DNA from: Podarcis muralis
Lineage: Eukaryota
Assembly: GCF_964188315.1 (NCBI RefSeq)
Contig: NC_135655.1
Coordinates: 87,358,001 to 87,422,000, forward strand
Length of the DNA stretch: 64,000 bases
Direction of reading: 5' to 3'
In this document: positions 17,251 through 46,501 of the stretch, piece after piece
How positions within the stretch are numbered: position 1 is the stretch's first letter
Layout: each line of letters opens with the position of its first letter
Position numbers and translations under genes: made by a program
Notes under the pieces: model-generated
Told to the model about the DNA's origin: nothing
Databases searched by the model: none
Seen by the model: only the letters and a program-made list of their open reading frames with translations

Positions 17251-19372
17251 TTGGAGCTCATAGCCATGCATGTAACCTATATTTATTATATATGATATAT
17301 TATCTTTATTTCTAGTGGGTCACTTTTCCTGGTTGCGGTTGTAATTGGGAAAAGCCAAGTACCGAAAGTCTCTGGGGATTCGGGGTTTGGGAGGACCCTT
17401 GAGTTGTCATTGAGGAAGAAAGGGGAGGAGTAAATTGTGGTTTCTTTCTATGCCATCCTGCGTGTGTGTCTACTCAAATGTAAGTCCCGCTATCAAGAGT
17501 GTGGCTGGGATTTTGGCATGTGTGTGTGTCTTTGGAAAGGAGGTGAGGTTTGTGAGTTCTCTAAACCATAAGGCTTGGCGTAAGCGTACTTATTTGGGAA
17601 TAAGTCACACTGTGTGTACATTTATCTGAGAATGGAAAAAAGGTTTTTATATAGCGTCTTTTTGCTCTGCTACCACACGTGCACACAAAGACACATCTCC
17701 AGCAGAGGAATCTTGTTTCAACTGCAGAGATGAGGTATGGAGAGAGAGGAAATAAGGAAGAATCCACAAGATACTTGCAAAAGAGCATCAGGTAAGAAGT
17801 AGGCCACAGTTTAACACTGTGGTTCAAAAAACAGGATGTCAGCACAGATTAGGCTTGATGTTAAAATGAGATATTGATTTACTAGAAGTATAAAACGGGG
17901 TTTTAATCCTGATTTGGGATTTTATGGAGGAGTTGGTGCAGTTTTGGTGGCCATGTTGGCTAGTGACAATTTTCAGTGTGTAGTTGTGGAGTGTAGTTAG
18001 AGGTTATGGTCAAGTTGAGTGACTTCTACTGACAAGGAATATTGGGTGAATGTGCTGTTTTTTATGTGTTGCGGCTTGTAACTTGTGCTACCCTATTAAT
18101 GTCATTTTACTTGAGTTCTTGATATTGTGAATTTATGAGAATTGCCTATCAGGTATTTTCAAGAGGGAAAGTGAACAAAGAGCTCCTTTTGCCCTGAGTT
18201 GTGAAGTGTGGAAATACATGCAAGGAATTTATCTAGCTTCCGTTCTTACTTTGCAAACAAATTCTTCAGGGTTTGCCACAACATTGTTGGTTAGAAGATC
18301 AAAGCTGAGTGATGCTGACCACAACTTAGTGATATTTGTGTTTCATGCTTATTTTCTGTTGAATGGCTAAAAAGGCTAATGGAAGTTCACTTTTGGAATA
18401 ATGAATTTTCATAGAATACTGTATCTGTGCTCTCTCCACTCACAAATCCCCCTGGAATTCCCCCACATTAACCCTTTACAGCTTTTCATTCCCACTCTAT
18501 ACAACTGTTAAGCTCACTTTTCATTTTCCCAGCCTCATTTCAGAAGCCACCTCTCTTATTCTGTAGCCTTGCTTTGAATGCCTGTTTTCACCTTCATCCC
18601 CATATCCATGCCTCCCTCTCTCTTTTTGTGCAACCCCTGCACACAGACCACCCCCATAGTAACCTCCTGTATCTTCCTCCTCCAAATACATTGCATCCAC
18701 TAACCATCCTTTTCACCTTCCATCCAGTTATGATAAAGCCACCATCCCCTCCTGGGAGAGCCTTTTATTCCTTTGCTTTCATCTTCATCTTGCAACTTCC
18801 TCTGCCCCCGTTTTCAACTTCACCCCTTTTTCTTACCTCCTCCTTCCTATTTTTTTCTAACTCTGCCTTGCACACAGACCACCCACCAATTCCATGCCTT
18901 CTCTCTACTATTCTGTAGCCTCTTTTGCACATATACCCCATGCTGATATGCTACTATATCTTTAAGAGGAACAGGATTTTAAGAGCAAGTATGCTAGTTA
19001 CCTTATGTTGATGGATGTTGTACATATATGGGTGTTTGCTTGTTAATAAAATATATCTTCTAAATTACTACATTGAATCTGTAACATCATGGGACCAGAA
19101 ATACATGGGACCAGACAACACATGAGAACAGAAATGCATTCTGTGAAGGTACTATTGAATATTTGAGGGCTCCACATTTTTATCCCTTTCACATGAGGCA
19201 GACCTGAGGGAGATGCTTAAAACAACCAATTTTCCCCTTTCAGTTTTCTCCCATTCTTCCTGTACTCAAATAATGGCAGAAGTTTCAGTAAAGCAGGGAT
19301 GTAAGAACACTGAGGGTTGTTGTCTAAACCAATTTTAACAAGGAGAAATACAAGAGGTTGGTACAACACATA

Positions 19373-19725
19373 TAAAGGTACCCCTGCCCGTACGGGCCAG
19401 TCGTGTCCGACTCTAGCGTTGTGCGCCCATCTCATTTAAGGGGCCGGGGGCCAGCGCTGTCCGGAGACACTTCCGGGTCACGTGGCCAGCGTGACAAGCT
19501 GCATCTGGCGAGCCAGCGCAGCACACGGAAACGCCGTTTACCTTCCCGCTAGTAAGCGGTCCCTATTTATCTACTTGCACCCGGGAGTGCTTTCGAACTG
19601 CTAGGTTGGCAGGCGCTGGGACCGAGCAACGGGAGCGCACCCCGCCGCGGGGATTCGAACCACCGACCTTTCGCTCGGCAAGCCCTAGGCGCTGAGGCTT
19701 TTACCCACAGCGCCACCCACGTCCC
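19373..19725 (-). mobile_element. Sauria SINE (subfamily B), full length
   Basis: tRNA-like head with GGTTCGAATCCC B box on the minus strand; 12-bp TSD GTACAACACATA (19361-19372, 19726-19737). Confidence 0.92.
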
Positions 19726-20703
19726 GTACAACACATAAGCTAATACCAAAAAGCTAACACAACAGAGCCTTCCCCAACTCTTTTCTCACTCTACTCAAAC
19801 TCGTATTTTCAACTGCCACTCCCCCCTTCAGCGCTGCAAATTTGTGACTATCAGTTGTATATTTTAATTTAGGAACAAAATTCAGTTTCATGATCATAAC
19901 AAGCTGAAAGATGTTGCTGTCAGGGCAGAAGCATATAGGATAAACAACTTAGCAGTGTTTTTTGGGGGGAGGAAAAATAGTATTTTGATTCTTGCAATTC
20001 CTTGCCGTGTTAACATTACAATATTAAAACATTACAAAAAGGGTTGTCATTCAGACTATTTTCAGCCCAAGTAAATGCTGATGCAGACTTCCTCTAGAAA
20101 CTGTAAAATTGTGAAATGATTTAATTATCACCTTGGTAGAAAATGACACTTATAAAATAACTCACAGAACACATTTAACTTGATGCCAAAAAGCAAAGAA
20201 GTGGTTAGCAACGTAGCTGTAAAGTTTTTTGATGTAAAAAAAGAGAGGTCTGTATAGCCAGAACCATTAAACCATTTATTAGCTGAACATTATTGCTCCC
20301 ACCCTCTTGTACTCTCCATAACTTGCTACATTGGTTGGTATGTGAACTGAGCTATGTTCAAGGTATTGTAATTGACAGATAAAGCCTTGAACTACTCAGA
20401 GCCAGGTTACCTGAAAGAGCTGTTTGATCTCTTAGCTAATCAACCTGAATCTCTATTGGTGGTACTGGATCCTAAAGATTATTTTACGGCAGGGGTGGAG
20501 AATCTGCAGTACATGGACCTATTCTGGGCCACCAAGCCACTCAGTTTGGTCTTTGAGGCCATTTCAAGTGACCCCTCCCAACTGTCCTACACATGATGTC
20601 ATTTTGATGTCAGGTGTGGGGTATGTAAGGGAACAGTTTGGCCAAAAGCACCTTGGCATACACTCTCACTTGGCAGTGCCAGCAACACCCCTATTTTACA
20701 GTA

Positions 20704-20921
20704 CAATGGTACCTCGGGTTACATACGCTTCAGGTTACAGACTCCACTAACCCAGAAATAGTACCTTGGGTTAATAACTTTGCTTCAGGATGAGAACAGA
20801 AATTGTGCTGCGGCAGCAGCGGGAGACCCCATTGTCTAAAGTGGTGCTTCAGGTTAAGAACAGTTTCAGGGTAAGTATGGACCTCCGGAACGAATTAGGT
20901 ACTTAACGTGAGGTACCACTG
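20704..20921 (+). mobile_element. TcMar (Tigger/pogo-like) MITE
   Basis: TA flanks; TIR CA(G/A)TGGTACCTC ... GAGGTACCACTG; same family as 22762-22965 and 63241-63466. Confidence 0.88.
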
Positions 20922-22761
20922 TAGTTCCCAAGTGCCCAGCTACCAACTGGTTGTTGGGTGCTTGGTAGCTGCTGTACAGGGGCTTTGCCAGCCCTGTGTT
21001 TGGTGCTCAGGTGTCAAGCCTAGACCTAGAGCTTGCAAAGACTTTGGGCTAAGCTTCCGGTTTTGGCACTTGACAGTCATCTGCTATCATTATGAAATCA
21101 GATGATTTATAGATGGATTGTCCCTCCCTTCTGTCAAAGTTGACTTGCAGGAGTGGAGGGTGATAAAGATTTGGCCCATTCAGCCAAAAAGGTTCCTCAC
21201 CATCGTTGAGTGATGAATTGGAAGGGGGCATTTTGTACGCTTGCTCCTGCCATTTGGAAGGCCCTTCCCTGTGCAATCTATCAGTTATCTGCTTGAAGCC
21301 ACACCTTGTTCAGGCCTCTCCTGTCCCCTAAGGCTGGACTCTGTCTCTTTGTATCTCTGTTTCCTGTATGTTTATGATGGTGTTCTTGTGTTTTATTGTT
21401 TGTTTTTATTGATTTTATGCTGTCTTTCATTGTATATGTGTACTCTGCTTCAAATTTTTCTAACGTTAAGCAGTCTATAATTCCCCCCCCCCCAAATAAG
21501 ATAAATAGTATGGGGCGCTTTTTTCCTTACCTGTACCAAGAACAACTCTCAGTGATAATCTCTATACAGCCTTGCCAGCTAAATAGTGTTGGTGTTATGA
21601 AATTCTTGGCTTGCGAAGAGAGTAATACTTAAAATAAAATAAACAGTTTCAACTTAATGTGTGCAGTGCTGAAGACTACCCAAATCCATGAAAGTTTCTG
21701 CTTATCTTCAGTCTTAATTGTTTAGGCAGCAGACGGGTTTCAAAAGTGTTAGGAACAGAGGAATTTCATAATTCAACACACATGTTCTTTCTGACTTTAA
21801 AATATCCAGATGTTTCTGTTGTTCATTTCAGCCCATTTTTTTTAGTTTTCAAGATTTGTTTTTTGCAAGAGCAACCTGCAACACAATTTTGTAGTGTGGG
21901 GTGCTTCAGTACAGCATCACGGCTACTCTATTCTCCCCTACCTACCCCTGTATATACGTATGCAGTGCCAGTATTCTATGGCTACCAAGTATATTCAGCC
22001 CCCATTGGGCTGTTCTGGAGATTAATTTCCTACTGATGGTTTCCCCTCTAAATATTTGTTTTTAATTTATGAAAACCTTGGGGTTCTTTCAAGCCTGGTG
22101 AAACCTCCTCCTCCTCCTCTGCATGGATAGTTCCGAAGGGCTGTCACTTAGCTAATTTTAATTGCTATTAGTCTGTACAAATGCAGTGTGGAGTATGGAC
22201 TGTTTCTGTTCAGGGTTCCAGCCACTCTGTACCATTCTCCTCTCTGCCTCCCACAGGTCCCCCATCTAACAGTCAGTATTCTGAGCAGAGGTGGCAAACA
22301 CACCTTTTTGCTGAATCCCAGATACATTAGAATCTTGGATTTCTGTGAACAGCTCTCAATTCTGACCCTGGGGACACTTTAAAGTAGTTTATGTGTGTGA
22401 ACGAGGAAGTGACCTATCAAGACAGTGAAATGGCCTTGTCGATCCATTTTATATCTGTGTCTTTCTCTGGCCATCGCATTCCCGCTCCCACATAGTTTAT
22501 AGTTGTTGTTTTTCATGACAGTCAGTCAGCATTTTGTGCCCAATGGATAGGTTTCAGAATTACCTGGTTTGGTTTTCCAAATGGGAAGCCACCAGTAGGA
22601 AATTAAGCTCCAAAATTGTGTTGCAGGTTGCTCTTGCAAAAAACAAATGGTTTCCCATCTAAATAGATAGATAGATAGTACTCCTGCAATCTTCAGGGTT
22701 AGCTGGTTTCTTCTTGTGCATGGGTAGTGGTGTTTCAGCTACTTTGTGTGAGTACAAAATA

Positions 22762-22965
22762 CAGTGGTACCTCAGGTTAAGTATTTAATTCGTTCCGGAG
22801 GTCCGTTCTTAACCTGAAATTTCTTAACCTGAAGCCTCCTGCTGCTGCTGTGCCGCCGGAGCACGGTTTCTGTTCTCATCCTGAAGCAAAGTTCTTAACT
22901 CGAAATACTATTTCTGGGTTAGCGGAGTCTATAACCTGAAGCGTATGTAACCTGAGGTACCACTG
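22762..22965 (-). mobile_element. TcMar (Tigger/pogo-like) MITE, opposite orientation
   Basis: TA flanks; TIR CAGTGGTACCTCAGGTTA ... TAACCTGAGGTACCACTG. Confidence 0.88.
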
Positions 22966-23742
22966 TACTTAAATATAGTTGATATGATGGGGAGAGAGAT
23001 GGAGGTAGACAGAAACATACATATGCAAACCTGCTGAGCAAGTAAAATGCAGAGGTGCTGTTCCTGTACATGCATGTAGCAGCTTCTTTGAATTGCGGCT
23101 TTAGTTGGTTCGGATAGGAACACATATATAAAGCCAGACTTTCATTTGCATTGCAATCATCTATAACAGAAAGCTGTTGATATTCTGCATTGGTGTCTGG
23201 AGGCAGTATTGAGCAGGATAAGGGCTAATAAATTGAAACTTAATCTAGACAAGACAAAGGGGTTGTGGAATAGGGGTTCATCCTGTTCCAAATTTGACAG
23301 TACTCTCCTTGAAGAATCACGTTCACAGTTTGGGTGGGTTGTGTGCTTCTGAACCTTGCTTTGTACCTGGGTGCTCAAAGAGCAGTTGTAGCCAGGAGTG
23401 CCTTTGTCCTGCTTAGCTGGTGTGACAACTGTGTCCATTTCTACGAGGTCGGACCTGGTCATGGTGACCATGTAAACATAGTTGCATCCAGATTGGATTA
23501 TTGAAGCATGCTCTGCGTGGGGCTACCTTTCCAAAGTTTTTTGAAACTAGTTGGTCGAGAATGCTGGCTTATGGGATGATGTTACACCTGTCCTGCCAGG
23601 CTGCACTGACTACTGAATTGTTTAAAAGTATAAATCAAAGTGTTGGTGACTTAAGACCAGGATACTGTGGACAGCCCCCTCCTGTATCTTCCTGCCCTCA
23701 CCTTAAGATATTACTGAGATGCTCTTCTCTATGTCCCAACTG

Positions 23743-24000
23743 TAAGAACAGAAGGAAAGCCTGCCAGATCAGGCCAAAGGCCTCTCTAGTTCAGCACCTT
23801 GTCACGGTGAGCTGCCTTTGAGAAACCCACAAACAGGACCCAAGCACAAGAGCACTCTCCCCTTCTGTGGTTTTTGGCCACTGGTATTCCATAGCATATT
23901 GCTTCTTACCACAAAGGTAAAGAATAGTCATTATGGCTAATAGCCACTTATCTTCCATGAATTTGTACAGTTCTCTTCTAAAGCCATCCAAGTTGGTGCC
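23743..24000 (-). mobile_element. CR1 LINE 3' fragment
   Basis: Minus frame DGFRRELYKFMED (CR1 ORF2 C-terminus) followed by a CR1-type 3' UTR. Confidence 0.7.
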
Positions 24001-25443
24001 CAGCTACAGTATGATGCAGGCATGGTTGCTAGGGTCTAGATAAACATCCTTCTCTGCAGCTACACCTAAATTTTTTAACACTTGGATGCTTCCCCCTTTT
24101 TTTACAGTGTTTCACTATATGGCAAAAACCTTTTTGTTTGGGCAGGTATTGTTTCATCATTTGGGTAGATTATATTAATCTCTATTTTAGCTGCTACAAC
24201 TTAGCTCTCTTTTAATTATATTGTGTTAATGTTTTAAAAAGAATTGTATTTTATTCTGGGTTTTAATTGTTAGCTGTTCTGAATGGTGCATAGGCGCCAC
24301 TAGGGTGGGAAATTTATGTTTTATTGTATTTGTAAAATGTATCTGCTTTTCACTACTAGTAGGCCCAAAGTGTGTACAATGTCAACAAAACAACAAAATT
24401 CATAGTAATGTATCAATAAGACACACCAAGATAAACACAATCAGCATATGCATGTAACAGTGTAGCAACCTACAACGATGTTAACTGCACACTTCCGGAT
24501 TTAAGTTTGACAAATGAGCAAGTCCAGAGGATACCTGTCTTCCATAGCGTTTCATTTTATTGTTGAATCAATCTGATTTTGGGTAAATTTTAACTTGGTC
24601 TTCTAATGTTGGTGGACACTGAATTTTCAACAAATCCTGTGAATTGTCTATTTCAAGCATTGATGGCTTGTGATGGACTGTTAGTACTGATTAGTTTGCT
24701 TGAATTTATTTTTTCTGCTGGTTCTGATTTAAATTTTTATGGATGCATGCTTTTAGTATTCTATGGATTTGCTCAGTTTTCCTATGGTTTTAAACTTCAT
24801 TTTTTTAATATTCATACATATAGTCACTCAGGTTATTTTGAGAAAGGTGACTAAAATGTAATAAACAATATATAATTATTATGACAACACAGTTGTAAGT
24901 GAGCTTCAGCTTTTTACTTCTTTAGAGGAGAGTGGCATTTACTTCACAAATATATTTCATCTTTATTAAAGTTTACCACCTCTGTTGGCCCCCCCACCTT
25001 GTGATCCCTACAGTCATATCTGTCCAGACAGGTTTCTTTTATTATTTTAGTATATGATTTAAGATCAAGAAGAGGTTAAAACAACAACAGCTTTATTGTG
25101 TCAGTACAGCCAACATAATGCTTCTCTGCTGCATGGTAATTTGGAGGTCTGAGAAAGGGACTGTGGTTTGCAGAGCTATCATAATACAGCAAAAGCTACA
25201 ACATTGCATTGTCGGCTATTCATGAACAGTAGTCAAGTAATTCCTATAGTAGCCTTCATCCATACTTCTTCATGAAGAAGCTGATGGGAAAGGATGTGGC
25301 TGACCTGTAACTAATTTCCAGTGGCTTATTATATTTAACATTTGGGACATAGCAATCTTCTTTTTTTATGCCTGTAATCATAGTCCTTTCTGAACTGTTT
25401 ATTCTCTTCATTGCTGTAATTTATGTGTTTGTTTTTCATATAG

Positions 25444-25509
25444 GCAACAGAAGGGTTCTAATGGGAGAACCAATCTTCTGAAGTAAAGGTTTGCTGGCTG
25501 GCTGCAGCT

Positions 25510-25513
<4 letters not shown>
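25444..25513 (+). CDS. MAP3K2: MAP3K2 start-codon exon (5' UTR 25444-25509, coding ATGG 25510-25513)
   Basis: TTTTCATATAG|GCAAC...GCTATGG|GTGAGT; ATG G joins AT of the next exon to give M-D. Confidence 0.88.
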
Positions 25514-41286
<15,773 letters not shown>

Positions 41287-44099
41287 TGGCCTGCTTCAAC
41301 CCAGCTGTCACCTACTGCATTTATTTTCTGACTGCACTTTTTTTTACACAAGGTTGAGAAAAGACAAGGGAGAAGTTGTTTCTCTTGATTCTTTATTTCA
41401 TATAGATTGTTAATAATCTCTGCATATTTACACTGCAGATTTCGTTCCCCATTTAGGACTTAAGATCTTTTTGTTTTGGTAATGTACTGATGTGGTTCGC
41501 ATAAAGCACTTTAGTACATATTCATTCCTTATTTAAGGGGGGAAAGGCAAGTTATTGGGACTGCCAGGAATTGTGTGTTAAGGTTTTTTTTCCTAGCACT
41601 ACTGATTAACTCAGGATGCAGGAAAAATATACATGTTGTTAGCAGATATAGAAAAGGAAAATGTGTCCAATTGTTCTTTGTAATATGTAGATAGATGCCC
41701 TGGGAGGTTTTGGTTGTGTTTCAGCTTTGACATGAGGCTCATCCACAGTATTGGAAACAGGTTTAAAAGCTGCAAACTCAAACTGCCGACCAAGGTGATT
41801 CTGGAAAAGAAATCTGACTAGTGCATCGCCTGCAACCAAATGTATATTTATAATTTTAAAAGAATATACAGGAGGGTTCCCTAGCTGAAGTAGTTCAAGA
41901 GTCTTTTGAGTCAAGTAGTTCTGATGTGTGAATGTTCTAGACCAGGAATCGTAGATAAACAGATTACTGTAGATCCATAAACCTTTACAGTTGAGGAACA
42001 GGCTTCACATAACGTGCCACAAGTTAGTTTGCTTAATCTGCTAAGAACCGCAATGAGTTGTGCTGGACGGGGCCTCTGGTGGCCAGGGTGAAGGCTAGTT
42101 TCTCTCTTGATAATTTTCTATTCTGCATCCTTCATGCTGTCCCAACTGGTCTGTCTGTTGCATAAAATACTTAATGAGACCCAGTCTTCCTTCCTTCCTT
42201 CCTTTATTATCATGCTTACGATGAAATTTTAAAGTACTTGAATAGGTATCAGTGATAAAATTAAGCCGTTACCATTTATGTTGATGCTAAACAGAAGTCT
42301 TTGTGTTAAGTACATTTGATTTAATAATCAAATAGTATTTGCAGAATTTGCATCATGGTGAGCCTGCAGAATTTTGGCTTTCCAGGTTTTTTATATGGAG
42401 TGTAGACGATCCCTCTTCTTTTTAAGCAAAAAGAGAAAGCAAGCTGAGTAGAAATAGATATGGAGGTTTCCATGTGCATCGCAACAATATAATTAAGTTC
42501 CGGCACACTGACCCTGATGGAGGCACAAAGAATGAGGTACCATTTTTACTGTCCTTTTTCTAAAGTGCATTTTATACCTTATCTGACTGTTAGTAATTAA
42601 AATAATTTCAGATTTGACATTATTATCCCAAATGTGTACATTCATATTTGTACACCTGAATATAGTCTTGAAAAGAAAAGAAACCCCTTTAGAATGCTTT
42701 AATGCTTTCTGTCCCTTCAAGAAATTGGGAAAAGTACCTGAAAGGAAATAATTCTAGTTTCCAGTGCCACAGTGTCTGTTTTCCAGAGGTGATGTTTCTT
42801 AATGCTGCTATTAAACGTTTCCTAGGGAAATTCAGTGCAGCCTGAATAAAAGCATCCTTGGCAAACCAAACATACTGCAGCTGTGCAGCTATTACATGGA
42901 CAGTGCATAGTCGGTGACACTATCTTCCATTAATAAGCTAAAAAATTTCATAAGTCTCAACAGCAATCAGATCTGGAACAATGTAATGCTATGCATGTGA
43001 TACGTTGCATGCATGTATATAACACTCCCAATTCTTTAGCCACAGGTTAGAAATAAGAGTTGCAAGCCCTAACTCCTGTTTACAGTTGTAAGTGGTTAAA
43101 GCCAACAAGGGAAATTTGCAGTTGGGAGCAGGGGCACAAAGAGGCTTAGAGATAATATCTGATCCTTTAGCTATGGTTAAAGGATGCAGAGCAATATGAG
43201 AGCACTCAAAGTTTGGGAATTGAAAGTTTATTGAACAAAATTTACTCTAGGTCACACTAAGAGACTCTTGCAGTTTTCTATGAAATATAGTACCTAATGT
43301 AGAAACTATCATACTGAGTGGACTTCTAAGAATAATAATTTCTTTAGTTCTTAAAGAAGCAAATCCTTTTAATTGTGAATAAAAAAGAAATGGTCAATTT
43401 TTGCTACCAGAAAAGAAAGAAAGAAGTATAATAGTCTGGTGTGATTTCAGTGATTGACTTTCCTTCTATACCATAGGTATTGATCCCTCTGTGGCCTACT
43501 ATCTGTTGTCTTCTCCTACAGACGTGTGCTCATCTTTCTTATACACTCTTTTTCCAGTTCCTCGTAGGAAGATCCCTAAGGTTCAGATTTCTAAACTCTG
43601 ATCAAACTGTAACTATGCAAATTGTGTAAAACATGCAAATCAAGTAAACATATACAAATGTGCATTGTTTGGTCCATTAATAGAATGTGGGATGAGGCTA
43701 AGTTGGAAGTATTGACTCCCCAGTCTCCAAAGTGTACCAAACTATGTTGAGCATATTTGTTCCTTGCTCTACTCCGTTGTCACTGTTTAGAATTGTTTAA
43801 TATCTAGCAGACAATCATTGCAGCCTGTAAGTGACCTCTTATAAAGTGTTGCTGCACCAGCTAAAGACTTGTTGAACTGAAAGTCTTCCTCCAGTGCAGT
43901 GATTTGAGGAACATGTTTAATGAACCTTCCCCTCTACAGAAAACAGTAAGTAGGGTTGCAATCCTGAGCACACTCACTGGAGAATAAGCACCATTAAACA
44001 AGACAATAGTTACTTTTGAGTAAATACGCATAGGACTGGGCCATTGGATTTGCCCCCTCCAATTTTCATCAAAATCTCACCTGCTTTTTGGCTGAGTGG

Positions 44100-44420
44100 T
44101 CATAGAATTGTAGAGTTGGAAGGGATTCCAAGGATCATCTTCTATCCCAACCCTCTGCAATGCAGGGATCTCAACTAGATCATACATGACAGGTCGCCAT
44201 CCAATCTCAGCTTTAAAACCTCCAAGGAAGGAGAGTCCACCGCCTCTTATGGAAGTCTGTTCCACTGTTGAACAGCTCTTACTGTCAGAAAGTTTTCCTG
44301 ATGTTTAGTCAGAATCTTGTTTCTTGTAACTTGTAGCCTCTGGAGCAGAGAAAACAAGCTTGCTCCATCTTCATGTGACAGCCCTTTAGATAATTGAAAA
44401 TGGCTCTCGTATCTCCTCCT
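44100..44420 (-). mobile_element. CR1 LINE 3' fragment (within the putative MAP3K2 3' UTR)
   Basis: Minus frame ...ENFLTVRAVQQWNRLP (CR1 ORF2 end) plus ATTCTATGA tail. Confidence 0.85.
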
Positions 44421-46139
44421 TTTTAACAGCTGAAAGAGGTTTCTAGCTTGGATGCCATTCAGTAGTGTACACTTTTTAACATGATTCTTTGAATATCTGT
44501 TTTGAGCTGCAGAATATAAATTTGGTGCTAAAGTCACTGGCTGCCTACCCTTGCTGTTTAGCTGTGTCAAGAACAGTGTCTCTTGGTGCTTTTTATTATT
44601 GGATTGCTAATCATTTGGGATTTGTCGTATCACCTCTTGCCTTTAGAAGTCTCAGATATGTGTAAGCCATGATTGAGGAGAGGATGGAAGAGTGAACTTT
44701 TTTTAAAAAGCACCTAGGAAAGTTACCAAGACTTAATCTTAAAATGTGAGGATGGAAAAATGTGCTAAAATCTAGAAATGAGGCTTGCTTTTAGGAGTCT
44801 GGATCTGCCTTAACCTGTTTATCTTTAGCTCAGCCACCTATACCATAGTTGCTGTTTTAGTGTCTGAGGCAGAGGAGGAGTAGTGATGGTTTCGGTTTTC
44901 TTTTCTTTCCCACTGTTCAGGGTGGGTAGCAGTATAATCTTAGGAGAGATCCTTGTGGAAGGAAATAAAGTCAGCTTTTTTTGGCTTCTTATTACACACC
45001 ACTCACTTGTGGAACCTGAAGGGAGAATGTGAATCTCTGAAACTCTAAATTTTGAGCAGTTAAAAGGGGCCTAAAAATGTTAACATTACTTTATAGTGTG
45101 CAGGTATGATAGTACTCATTGATTATGTGAAGGGTAACAATGTTATTAGAGTATTAGTTGTGTAGGTACAACATAGAGCAAGTAGGACAATACATCTTAC
45201 TGGTCATTTAGGGGGAATATGCAAACGTTTAGAGTCGTTTCAGAGCTTCAGGCATTCAGAGTTCAAATAAAATCCAAACAGAATTTGCTTTGTAGTCAGG
45301 CTTTTTGGTTATTTAGCTGGGTGCAGTTCTCTAGGACAAAGCAAGTAGATGCTACTAGCAGGCTACACAGATATGAGTTCTGCTTTTCTAGAGTTCTTTG
45401 CAACCTAAATCTTACTAGATGGGGGGGGGGGAGCCTTATGGGTTTTGGTTATATTGCTTACTATCTACATATTTTCCCACACCTTTTTTGTTCCTAAACA
45501 GAGCAGCTTACAGTAACCCAAAATCTGTTTTAAAGCCGCTTTATGATCTGAAGTAGTATGCTGTTTCATCCTCCCATTTCCTTTGTTCTAAAGAACCAGA
45601 GCCTTGACAGAGGGCTAGAGGGTTCAAATTGCATCTCTGTTTATTTTGGTCTCTGAATACCTGTGCTGAAGCATGCAGTTCAAAAGTTTGCGCTATTTTA
45701 ACAAGGTTACTTCTGTTACCAAAAAGTATGAGAATGGACTTCAAAAAGAATGTATGAATTGCAGCATATGAATTTTAAACTCTTCTTGAATTGTTTTAAA
45801 AGGAACTATTTGAAGCTTGGCAGCATTCAGATTCTATATTAACCCACCAGCTTGCGGTGCACAGCTTGTTTCTCTCAGCTGCAGGTCCATTTCCTTATTG
45901 TGGCTAGACAAGGGTTTCGGGGAACCTAGCAGAATAAGGTGCCTGCTTTCTGTGCCTTTCCCCCCCAGTACTGCATTTTGTCTTGACAATGGCAATGTAA
46001 AAGTGCTGCAGAGAGATAAGTATCTCTGGAGATTTCAAAAATCTGAACTACTGTCTTTAATACCATTTAGATGACATAAATACTGTCACAAACACATGCT
46101 TATATAGGAGTCCCAGTGGTTCTTTAACATTGTTGCTAG

Positions 46140-46501
46140 GTAAAGGTAAAGGTACCCCTGCCCATACGGGCCAGTCTTGCCAGACTCTAGGGTTGTGCGC
46201 TCATCTCACTCTATAGGCCGGGAGCCAGCGCTGTCCGCAGACACTTCCGGGTCACGTGGCCAGCGTGACAAAGCTGCATCTGGCGAGCCAGCGCAGCACA
46301 CGGAACGCCGTTTACCTTCCCGCTGGTAAGCGGTCCCTATTTATCTACTTGCACCCGAAGGTGCTTTCGAACTGCTAGGTTGGCAGGCGCTGGGACCGAA
46401 CGACGGGAGCGCACCCCGCCGCGGGGATTCAAACCGCCGACCTTTCGATCAGCAAGCCCTAGGCGCTGAGGCTTTAACCCACAGCGCCACCCGCGTCCCG
46501 C
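46140..46501 (-). mobile_element. Sauria SINE (subfamily B), full length
   Basis: 14-bp TSD AACATTGTTGCTAG (46126-46139, 46502-46515); near-identical to 19373-19725. Confidence 0.93.

Noticed and set aside
16575-17267. Several overlapping 80-190 aa ORFs on both strands
   Set aside because: Low-complexity Pro/Gly/Arg translations expected from a CpG island.
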